Assembly: GCA_977030845.1 (NCBI GenBank)
Contig: OZ365111.1
Coordinates: forward strand, 15,252,001-15,316,000
Direction of reading: 5' to 3'
Source of the DNA: Fimbriosthenelais zetlandica
Taxonomy: Eukaryota
DNA length: 64,000 nucleotides
Shown here one piece after another: positions 1-11,298 of this stretch. A program made the position numbers and the translations under genes. The notes under the pieces were generated by a model, which saw only the letters and a program-made list of their open reading frames with translations, had not been told where the DNA came from and ran no database searches. Numbering within the stretch: position 1 is the first letter of the stretch; every line of letters begins with the position of its first letter.

Positions 1-3000
1 ATGAAGCGTCCATATCTTGACTGGACCTGACTTGGACGTACTCAAGCATTGGTTTCCATATAGCGATAGGTCACGGATGGGGCCCCCGAGGACAATACAA
101 AACGTGACATAGAGGCAGGCCTAGCTGCTTGCCTTGGACTTATAGGCTTCCGGCTAGGAGATAGCATCCTGACAAATATCCAAACAGTTAGCTCTCACTG
201 CCGTCACACAAAAACAGACCGTGCGTGAAAAGGAATTTAGCTAAAGGATAAAATACAGGCTTGTCGGGATGTGTGGAACATTTTCTTGAATAATTATTTA
301 CTTTTCCACCAATTTTTGCAGATCATTTTTGATAAAATATTAATAAGTTACTCCATGTTTTGTTGCCAATTAACATGGAATGAACCCAGATTCACAGAGA
401 ATAAAAATAGTGAATGACAAATGAAGGGAGAGGTTTTATGAAAAATTCAATTATTATCAACATCCCTGTATGTATGCCAGTGCATATATAGTCTCCATTA
501 ATACAACTTTAGCTGTGAGTATTTAAAAGTCTTTAAAGGGGATAAAAATGAGTAAAAGTTAGGAATATACTGAACCAAACATGGTCGATGTTCTTGAATC
601 TGCTTGCAAGTTTATCAGATGAATATCAATTTGAAATAGAAAATTTCAATTAAAAATTGTATTTTCAATTCTTAGCAGCATGGGTCGTCTTTAATCTAAA
701 TTTCGCTCGGATTAGACAGTCAACCCTCACGTGAAATGAAAAAGATAATAATGAAATATATAGTTCCCAAAAGTAAATTCGATTGGAGCAATGGGAGAAC
801 TAATTACTAATGGAAAAGCAATTGAGGTTCGGTTCTCTGGTCAGTATGGGAAGCTTGGATGAACTATTTCTATATGTACTGGTTGTAATAGAGCCAGGTG
901 TATTTCAGGCCCATATATCACGACTTTCACTGTGGCATATGATTGATACACTCATTTGACGTGTCCTTGATGCCTGATAATGAATTCACAACAAACCAAC
1001 ACCCCGTGATCGAATACAAACCAAACACCCTGCAGTACAGAGTGCCATGCTCACCCAGTGGGACAACACGGGGCCAGTGGTCGCCACATATATATCCCTT
1101 TCTCACGTCAAGCCACAGCTCGTTGTATCGGGTTTCCTACCAGTTGCAGCCGGGCAATCATCGCACCAACCTCTGTTGAGCACATGTGTACATGGGCGAG
1201 CAGGTCTTGGAGACGACTCGGGAGCAGCTCGCTCACACTGCCATCTGTTCTGAGATGTCTCGAGTTGGCATGATAAGGGGGATTGTGTTTCCAACCCCAC
1301 TGACAATGATTAGCTCGGAGGGGAGATGCCTCGGAAACGGCCAGATTCCGCAATGATAGGGCAGGAAAGGAAGTGTGTTGTTGGGGGAAGATGTTCATAC
1401 AGAAATATGATTGAAAGAGCTTGTGTTCAGGTCAGCTGCAAATCATTGATGTCTTTGAGAGCCATTTTCCATGGCATACTTGCAATAAATATTGCATCAT
1501 TGATGTGTATAATTTAACTAAACATCATTTAATGAATGGCCAAGATTTCCTCTGAGATTCATAAAATGAGGAAACAGTTAATGATTAACTAAAAATGACC
1601 TCCCATTCACACCCTATATAGCCTACTGCAAGGCAAAAAGTATTAGGTTAGAATAAAAGTTTCTTCGGGAACGAGACAAGTGATATTTCTCATCAATATA
1701 AAACCTCCAATATGAAGAGACTTGTTTGATGTTGTTTTCTCAAGATAAATTTCCGAGAGCAGGCTCTCTCTTGCCTTCATCATCAGCTCTAAATTGGACG
1801 CCACCATTCACTATTGTTCCAAGGAATTGAGTTCATTTTCTCTTCCATCTGGACCATTCCTTTGTAGTGAGAAAAAAAACAGTAAGTTATACTTGAGGTG
1901 GTATAACATTATCTGGTATCAAAGCACTCCCTTCTACCTCCGATCCCGTCGCTGAGACAAGTGCAATTTGTAGTTGGTAAAGGTCGTGTCAGGGCCAGTG
2001 ATGAGGCAACGAAAGATGTTACACACACTCCTGCATTTATCATCGTTACTTCTCTCTGCTAGACCCCTCAAACAAAAGCTATAATGTGATGCACTGGCTG
2101 GTGAGAGAACATAATAGAAACTCATTTCATATGTCTGGAATAGAGAGGGTATCCGAAGATAAGCAGAAGTTTATTATGGCTGTTCATTACCTATTTTTAA
2201 TTTTAAAATGATTGATAATGAACTATTGTCGCTAGTTTGATGAATACTACAGCTAGAAGACAGGCTCAGATCCAGATATTTAAAAACATTATTGCCAATG
2301 CTTTTGGGACTCTATATACGGGGGTCTTCATCCGGGCACAATAAATTATAATTAAATGGTTTAGTTTCAATGTTTTGACATTTTACTCTGCAAAAGGGGA
2401 AGGGCACATATAAAAGGGGGAGACATTTATTCTGTGGGTTTGCAAATTAATAACAAAGGGGAAGACATATAAATAAACCATTTCCCCAGAGAAAAAACAT
2501 GCATATGATATTAAGTGCTTGTATGGCTCAATCCTAAACATTAAATGGCATCCAGCCCAGCTTCTCTGATATCTATACCATGTAAAAGACCAGTAGAAAT
2601 GGATTGGTGCGATATCTAATATCTCCAAGCAATCACATTCCATGCTGGAGTGCATAGCAACCGAGATGTGGTATGCTTAAACAACAGTCACGGGCAGAAT
2701 GGAATTCTGCCGCGCTACTGGCTATAATAAAATGATAAGGGTAGTCCTGCAGTGAGGGCAATCCCTGGCAACCATAGGCCACAACGGTAAGAGAATTTGC
2801 TGTTCAGCCATGACCGGTTTGTAAGAGAGTGTAAAGGTGTCGGAGATTTCATCATGTAAAGCGTGTCATCGCTTTTTCCACGCTTAATATAGCTTCAAAG
2901 GCATGGACGGGACCGGGGATAGGTCCTAATCACTCTTTACCACCTGCCCTCTCACCCCAAACCAGGGATGCCCCCTGCTACTGTATGTACTTGAAGTGTG

Positions 3001-3626
3001 GATTCATTCAAAATCTAATGTTGAAGGCTGAAGGCAAGGGAAGAAGGGGACATTCACGGATGTGGTCAAGCCTTGTGGAGGGGGACGATTGGTACGTGTG
3101 TACATAAACATGTCTATGGGGTGATTATAATGGGTTTGAGTTGGTGAGTGAGAAGTCAGGGATGGGAGGTGCTCTGTTAAAGGAAGCCATCAAGGGAGGT
3201 CGATGTCCGGAGAAGAGGTATAATGAGGACATCAAATTAAGTTTATATCAAATCCCGCACCAAACAGTCACTCAGAACATCAATGTCAATTGGGTGTTAA
3301 GATATTAAATATTTCGCCCTCGTGTATAAGATATTTGTTGACATGAAGCGAATGGAAGCCAGTGCATCTAGGATGAGGGTAAATGGATGGGAAGCCCGAG
3401 CTATGTGTCATCGGCCCCTGTCAGCGACCGGCCCAGCAGCGGTGTAACAGATCTAACTTACCCCCCGATCTGATATACCCCCCCGGTCATTTAGACCTGA
3501 GGTTTAAATTACCTCCCCCAGGTTTAAAGTACCCCCCATTATTTCTTTGATAACTTAACTTTGATTCAACTCCTGGGGGTATATTCGGCCTAGGTTTTGT
3601 GTACCCCCGGGATACATGTATATAGG

Positions 3627-4502
3627 TACTGGGGGTACATTCAGCCTAGGTCTAATGTACCCCCCAAGGATACCTTGCAGTTGAGATTCAATGTACTGGG
3701 GGTACATTCAGCCTAGGTCTAATGTACCCCCCGGGGGATACCTTGCAATTGACATTCAATGTACTGGGGGTACATTCAGCCTAGGTCTAATGTACCCCCG
3801 AGGATACCTTGCAGTTGAGATTCAATGTACTGGGGGTACATTCAGCCTAGGTCTAATGTACCCCCAAGGATACCTTGCAATTGAGATTCAATGTACTGGG
3901 GGTACATTCGGCCTAGGTCTAATGTACCCCCCGAGGATACATTGCAATTGAGATTCAATGTACTGGGGGTACATTCGGCCTAGGTCTAATGTACCCCCCG
4001 GGGGATACCTTGCAATTGACATTCAATGTACTGGGGGTACATTCAGCCTAGGTCTAATGTACCCCCGAGGATACCTTGCAGTTGAGATTCAATGTACTGG
4101 GGGTACATTCAGCCTAGGTCTAATGTACCCCCGAGGATACCTTGCAGTTGAGATTCAATGTACTGGGGGTACATTCAGCCTAGGTCTAATGTACCCCCAA
4201 GGATACCTTGCAATTGAGATTCAATGTAATGGGGGTACATTCGGCCTAGGTCTAATGTACCCCCCGAGGATACATTGCAATTGAGATTCAATGTACTGGG
4301 GGTACATTCGGCCTAGGTCTAATGTACCCCCCGGGGGATACCTTGCAATTGAGATTCAATGTACTGGGGGTACATTCGGCCTAGGTCTAATGTACCCCCC
4401 CCCCGCCCGAGGATACCTTGCAATTGAGATTCAATGTACTGGGGGTACATTCAGCCTAGGTATAATGTACCCCCGAGGATACCTTGCAGTTGAGATTCAA
4501 TG
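3627..4502. repeat. Tandem array A, 13 copies of a ~66-68 bp palindromic monomer
   Basis: Monomers start at 3627, 3694, 3762, 3828, 3894, 3961, 4029, 4095, 4161, 4227, 4294, 4362 and 4437. The core is gggggtacatt-cag-cctagg-tct-aatgtaccccc. Confidence 0.95.
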
Positions 4503-5300
4503 TACTGGGGGTATATTCGGCCTAGGTTTAGGGTACCCCCAGGGAATAACTTCAAACATAATGTACATTCATAATGGGGGTATATTCGGCCTAGGTTTAG
4601 TTTACCCCCAGGGAATAACTTCAAACATAATGTACATTCATAAGGGGGGTATATTCGGCCTAGGTTTAGTGTACCCCCAGGGAATAACTTCAAACATAAT
4701 GTACATTCATAATGGGGGTATATTCGGACTAGGTTTAGTGTACCCCCAGGGAATAACTTCAAACATAATGTACATTAATAAGGGGGGTATATTCGGCCTA
4801 GGTTTAGTGTACCCCCAGGGAATAACTTCAAACATAATGTACATTCATAAGGGGGGTATATTCGGCCTAGGTTTAGTTTACCCCCAGGGAATAACTTCAA
4901 ACATAATGTACATTCATAAGGGGGGTATATTCGGCCTAGGTTTAGTGTACCCCCAGGGAATAACTTCAAACATAATGTACATTCATAAGGGGGGTATATT
5001 CGGCCTAGGTTTAGTTTACCCCCAGGGAATAACTTCAAACATAATGTACATTCATAAGGGGGGTATATTCGGCCTAGGTTTAGTGTACCCCCAGGGAATA
5101 ACTTCAAACATAATGTACATTCATAAGGGGGGTATATTCGGCCTAGGTTTAGTGTACCCCCAGGGAATAACTTCAAACATAATGTACATTCATAAGGGGG
5201 GTATATTCGGCCTAGGTTTAGTGTACCCCCAGGGAATAACTTCAAACATAATGTACATTCATAAGGGGGGTATATTCGGCCTAGGTTTAGTGTACCCCCA
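4503..5300. repeat. Tandem array B, ~12 copies of a 69-bp monomer
   Basis: The unit gggggtatattcggcctaggtttagtgtacccccagggaataacttcaaacataatgtacattcataa recurs with a 69-bp period from 4507 to ~5266. Confidence 0.95.
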
Positions 5301-6682
5301 GGGAGTATTACAATTTATTCATATATTGGGGGTATATTGAACCTAGGTCCAATATACCCCCGGGGGTAACTTGAAACTGGCGGGGGTATATTGGAACTAG
5401 GTTTAAAGTACCCCCGGGGGTATATTGCACCCAGGCCAAAGTTACCCCCGGTATCTTAGACCTAGGTTTATTATACCGGGGGGTACATTAGACAGGGGGT
5501 ACGTTAGAACTGGTACACCGGACAGACCCCGTGCTGTCCCAGGAGGCGGATTGGATAGAGTTGAGGAAGAGATCTTATTAAGATAAATCAATTGGCACTT
5601 TATTCCCCGCAGAAGGGTGCACATATTTAGCTCTAGAGATGGTTAGAGGGAGTTGTTCCCCAAGCTGCGGGGAGCCATGTATACTATTGATGTTACAGCG
5701 AATATATATACTCCTCTTGTTGACATTTATATAACGCATTGTGGAATTAAGTTTCCTCAGATTTGCTGCAATTCAGCAATTCATTTTCTTTATATGAGGG
5801 GTTTATCATAAATATAGATTTGGCATTTTCAAATTCTAAATTTGAAAGATATGGCAGTAAGGCTATCTAGCAGACTAATCTATAATGTTAAAGAAAGACC
5901 TCTCATGTCAGTATATACAACTTCAGCATTTATTTACAGCAACACATGTTGATCCCAATCACTGCAATATGGCGGCGTGATACACCTTGACAATAAATCC
6001 ATTGAATAGAGTAGATAAAACTCTATTCTACGAGGTAAATTATTCATACTCTGTTCTATAAAGAATGAGACAGATTGAAACGTCCAAGTCCCAATGGAAA
6101 AATGTGATCGACACAGAGATATCAGTACCAGATAAGACATGTTGTTCTAATCACTGACTGGCTTTGTCATAAAAAAAACTTCTGAGATCTGTGATATTTC
6201 AAAGTGAATGGAAATCTTTGATCTACATTTCTTCAAACGGTTTAGCACGCGTGCTGCAAGTTGTGAAAACTGGCGCTGCTAAAAGTTCAATATTTTATGT
6301 GTCACACTTATTTGGACACAAGCGCAATATATTATCAATAAATATTTTCTCTGATCCATGGATCTATAGGTCTGATATAGTGGCCTATAACAACATACTG
6401 CCTCTGTGTATAGGCTTTAAAGCCTTACATTGATATTTCCAGTAATTTCTGAAGGCCATTTTCGAAGTAATTTTTTTGAAACGGACCCCATATCTGTTAC
6501 TCAGAAATGGTGTAGGACAGTACATTGAATGGAATTCCCACTTCCTTATGCATCACGAGAATTACTGGAAACAACAATTTCAGGTCGAACCCATACAATA
6601 ATATTAGGCCTACATATATACCAAACATGATTAGATGATTATTATTTTATATGACACTTTATACAAATTATCATCTAAAACA

Positions 6683-7626
6683 TCAGCTTTGTAGAGGATG
6701 AGGATACATTGGGGGAGCCACGGTGGGTGGCATAGCAGCGTAATAATTATAACTTTGAGCAGTCATCATGTTATTTTGTCCATATCCTTGACTGTTATAA
6801 CCCCCGTAAGATTGTCCATTCCCCATAGTTCCCATCATAGAAGCGTCGGCGGAACAGGAACTAGCATTCTGCGCCTGCTGCGCTTGCTGCATGGCGGCGC
6901 GGAAGCCTAGAATGTCATTGACGGAATGTGACGAGGGCCAACTGCGCATACTCGCTGCCGTCATGGCCGACATGGACATTGACGTCATGGAAGGCATGGA
7001 CGACATGGATGAGGAAATGGGTGTCGTCTTCCCAGCTGCTCCTAAAGAAATGGACTGCTGACCTCCCAATGGCGACATGTGTGCAGCCGCGGCCGCAGCG
7101 GCATGCACTTGATTGGTTGACGCCGCCATTGCTGAATGCATGGGAGCTGTTGGGCATGTGTACGGCCCATACAGCGACGAATAGAACGCTCTGGCGTCTT
7201 TGGTAGCGTCACCCGTGCCATTCGGATTTGTCCCAATCTTATTCCTCAAAATCCTACTGATGGAACTCACTGAGGGCACGTTGAATTTGTCACAGACGCC
7301 GTCTGAGAGCAGTTTGTCGCGAATTTCCCAAGCGAAAATTCCCGGGTCGCGTTCCTTGTAGAGCTTGATATGTTTGACGACATTGGGCGTGGTGACGCGC
7401 GGCTTGGAGCCGCCAATGGCGCCCGGTAAAACACTTCCGGTCTCGTTGTAACGGGCCAGAATCTTGGAGACGCAGCCGTGGGAGACTCGCAGCTGCCGGG
7501 AGATGTCGCAGGGACGGACGCCAAGCTGAGCTAACTCGATGATCCTCAGCCGGATGGCTGTGGGCAGGGGACGACCATTAACAAACATACCGCCCAGTTG
7601 ATTTACTTCTCCATACGGGGGTTGTT
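6683..7626 (-). CDS. Pax1/9: Pax1/9 exon 2 (paired domain, octapeptide, C-terminus, stop)
   Basis: Acceptor tttctctcgtttcag precedes (E)[21 protein letters not shown]...[14 protein letters not shown]...[13 protein letters not shown]. Octapeptide HSVNDILG is at 6905-6928. There is no homeodomain, as expected for the Pax1/9 class. TGA stop at 6683. Confidence 0.97.
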
Positions 7627-9980
7627 CTGAAACGAGAGAAAATGGGTTCTCATTAAAAACTTGATGGGAAAGGTAGGCCTCACATTGATTTCAAAACATA
7701 AAACAATAGGCCTATATACATGAAGGCCTACTAAAGAAATATCGGCTCAAAAACTTGAAAAAGGTCCACTAAAATCTACGACCCTATAATCTAATACACT
7801 CTGAACACCTCCTAGCTGTGATTCACCATAACCATGCGTTTGCAGAAAGGCAAGAATCCTTACTTAACAATCTCAAAAGCCCAATTCACTTTTCCTTCTT
7901 TTATTGTACCTCTCCATCGTGAGAAAAGTAAACATAAAAATCCACTGCTCCATTATAGGGGACTCCCCTTGTCTCTCACTCTCCGAGATCTGACGATCCA
8001 TTTGATCCCAGGCAATCGATCTAACACATGTTTAAAGCTCGGTCCAAGTTACACCATCATATTCTACTGATCTCGGGGTGGGCCTGCATGGAGGGAGGAC
8101 TGGGAAGGAAGTCCAATATCAAAAGAACCTTAGATTTTTCTGATCCTCGAAATATGAGACGACGGTTTGGGGAAGCAAGCCTAAATGGTTCATTTGAGAA
8201 CCTTTAAAATGAAAATTAGGGTTGAAAGATGGCTGATGAAATAATGGGAACAATCTGTGAGCGTTTGAAATGAGTTGGGAGTAAATTGCGTATATGAACG
8301 TGCATGAATTCATCGGGTTTTTTTTCTTCAGCAACCTCCAGCCCCACTTCACCCAAAATAGTCTATGGTCTGATGTCTAGATTGTTTGATATGGATTTTC
8401 CATCAATCCATACCTCTATCTCGTACATTGATCACAATGTTATTTTGTGTTCAATTGTTTTCTAAATACATTGTCATGGATCCAGACAATAAAAATCTGC
8501 CATTGATTTGTCTGAACCTCGATTTGATTTGTCTGAATACTTTATAAAGAAAAATTAAGACAAATCCATGCTCAATTTCTCTCTACAATAGTGAAATGGA
8601 ACTGCATATTACCAATTCCTATATGGTGGAATTGAAATACTCAAGGGATTTCAGATTTTCTTCTCATGTAAAAAGAGAGGGCAAGTCTGACACGATATGA
8701 ATATCATGGGCGTTGGTATATCATGGACAATCTAAGCCCTACCCTCATGACAGGGAATAATATTAGAGCTGCAAATACCACTCAGCTAGGCCAAGGTAAA
8801 TAAAGCTTTGTTGTCTGACGTTTGTCAAGGGATGTCATGCCCAAGCGAGTGTAGAGGGCCTGGCCATTATATGTGGACGAACTTCCCAACGACCACCACC
8901 CTTAAACATTTGGATCCCTGCCTCTGGATCCCCGGCCACTACTGTTTGTATGCCATCTGGCCTTCCCACCGGTAAAACGCCCCCCCCCCCTACAGGCCGT
9001 GATCGACAGGCAAATAAACAAATAACTTAATCGCTAACTCATATACTACTTGAGATTAAGCAATCGCACTGTCATTTGAAGAGGCCCTTTGGTTTACATT
9101 GTAAGGTGGGGAGTGAGAAGAGAAGAGGGGGCGGAAAAAAGTCCAAGTCAGACTGACAGATCCAGGTATAGTAATGGGTTGGTGGGGTGATCCGTTTCAC
9201 TCTTGTCGTGGGTCTATGATTTCCATGGCACCCAACTGATAATATTCATCTTTTATGAATCTCAAAGAAGGATAGCCTGAGCTGAGGATGTTGGGAATCT
9301 TAGGGCACTCAATATGACAAAATAAGGGTAAAATTCCACACGTTATCTTTATGAAACATACCCTATATGAATTGGTGGTTCCTCTGATGTATACACGTAT
9401 AGGCTATAGTTATCAGTATCAATATAGTGTTGATCAACGTATCCTAAAATAAATTTTGTTTAACTACTAGGAAAAATAATTCCAGTAATATGTCGTTAGG
9501 CAGTTTCTGAAGGTCTAAATTGAATGTAGCATATAGCCATAGTAGTTGTGCACAAGTCACTGTTCATTAAAACCCCTGACATTTTTTTGGGTCATTCCCA
9601 TTGATTCGGGGTCATTTTAAGGATATATGTCACTCAGTATAATACAATAAGTTATCAATGATATCTATTCTATCTTCTCTCCTTGCCAGCTCTCATCTGA
9701 CGCCTGATAATCCACTTATAGAGAGCTATTGATATGGCATGATTATAACCGAGGACTTCATCACTCCGCTCCCACCACCTGTCATCAATTAGACAGAGAG
9801 TGAGCGACCCAACATGAAAAACTCCTTGCAGTTGGCATTCATTTCCATGAGGATTTTCATGTATTAGGCCTCAATGATCAATTTATTTCGCCTTCGTGCA
9901 GGCTTAAAAATATTCCATGCAAATTTAGATTCTGAACACTTTCATGAAATACCTCCTACGTCTCCATCTCATGACTTTAA

Positions 9981-10170
9981 AGCCGGACTCCACTGCTGCG
10001 ATTTTGCTTGCGACAGTACTGCGACATAGGTGATGTTTTTGTCGCTATGAAAAATGTACCAGTATAGAGGACGCTTGGACACTTATATAGGCCTACATTT
10101 CATTGCAACACAAGCATCACCTTTGTCGCAGAAATGTCGCAAGCAAAATCGCAGCAGTGGAGGACGGGCT
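9981..10170. mobile_element. MITE, PIF/Harbinger-like, in the Pax1/9 intron
   Basis: ~60-bp imperfect TIRs: agccggactccactgctgcgattttgcttgcgaca ... tgtcgcaagcaaaatcgcagcagtggaggacgggct. Flanked by taa and tta. Confidence 0.75.
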
Positions 10171-11067
10171 TTATACAGGTGTTTTTGGAGCCAGAAATAA
10201 CTAAAAATCTCCTGCTTGTAACGCCTTATCAGAGCGGGAGCGTGCCAGACGCGACGGCTCCCGTCAAGGAGGGAGATGTGACAGGTTGGAGATGCGGTGA
10301 GAGCCTCCTTCTCTCACTTATATTGATCTATCTCTTCGCCGACGTGATCATTGTCAGAATACTCTCATTCTCACGTCTATATATGGAGCTACATTTCATA
10401 TAGGCCTATATGCAGGGAGATCTGTTCATAAAAGATAAGATATAGGTCTATGCCTAGGATGCAATGATAACCATGGAAGATTTCTGTCATAAGATGGTCC
10501 CCAAAGTCTGTAGGCTATAGGCCTAGTTCTAGGCCTAAATCATGTTTTGTAAATCATGGAGGTTAATTTTCATTAGTTATGAAATATAGCTTAAAGTTGA
10601 ATTCTTAAAATGGAAATTATGCCAACGGAACCCTTTTTATTTCAAAATCGCGCCCAACACCAACTAGGCCTATAGGCTATGGGCTGGCCTAACTCAATGA
10701 TCTAACGGGCATTAGCCCCATCCCCCCGCGTCACGTAATAGGCCTAATTATTTTTTATAACCCCTAGGAAGGGGTTTTGCCTTGGATTAATATTTCAAAT
10801 CAAGATCATCCGCGTGCCTGCAATAGGCTAAGTATGGCATAGGTAGGCCTAGGCTAATAGGCATGATCCAAAATCATAGACAATTTTTTTCTCTTTGCAA
10901 ATTAGCTTAGTAGGCATAGGCCTATATAGAAGTTCTAGGCCTATATATTGATCTATTTTGACTTAGGTTTCATTCTGTTATCGGCCATGAACGCAAATCT
11001 GAAAAGAAGATCCAGCGCTGTAAAATTTCCCCTCGGTAGGCAATTCTCCGCCCGTTTGTTCGTTTAC

Positions 11068-11298
11068 CTGACGGAAGCCATCCACGCGTGGCTCGGGGCG
11101 ACGCGCGGATGGCGGACGGTCTCTAACCCGGCGGAATGGGGAAGCCACCCACCCAGACGGAGGAGTGTGAACCCTGCCCCGGGCCGTGCATCAGGGAGGT
11201 CTGACGGCCTGACCTGCCCTCCACGCGGCCACACATGCCCGCCTAGCCCTGAGGCCTCGACTCGTCTCCAGATGTGAGGGATGAAATATATATTTATA
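11068..11298 (-). promoter_or_regulatory. GC-rich intronic block with TATA box and splice donor (candidate alternative promoter/first exon or enhancer)
   Basis: Minus-strand TATAAATA at 11291-11298, then ~200 bp of GC-rich sequence ending CAG|gtaaac at 11068. Confidence 0.35.

Larger units (their letters stand above)
3440..5520. mobile_element. Foldback/MITE-like element with imperfect terminal inverted repeats enclosing two tandem arrays
   Basis: Left end cggtgtaacagatctaacttacccccc (3440-) matches the reverse complement of the right end ...gggggtacgttagaactggtacaccg (-5520). The interior is made of 66-69 bp tandem repeats. No target-site duplication or transposase was seen. Confidence 0.6.

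Noticed and set aside
943-3400. Short ORFs downstream of Pax1/9, checked as possible SLC25A21 or other exons
   Set aside because: No mitochondrial-carrier motif or consistent exon chain was found, so this is likely non-coding.
3627-5300. CRISPR-like appearance of palindromic repeats
   Set aside because: The intervening sequences are identical rather than unique spacers, there are no cas genes, and the context is eukaryotic.
3691-5340. Long ORFs on both strands (up to 349 aa)
   Set aside because: They are by-products of 66/69-bp (multiple-of-3) repeats, break wherever monomer length varies, and have no splice or domain support.
11040-11280. Possible structured ncRNA (telomerase, 7SK, SRP or RNase P look-alike words: ctctaaccc, ggctaggcggg, ggaggtctga)
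   Set aside because: The matches are short and isolated. The template would be incomplete, and SRP helix 8, RNase P CR-V and 7SK GATC motifs were not found. An Infernal/Rfam scan would settle it.
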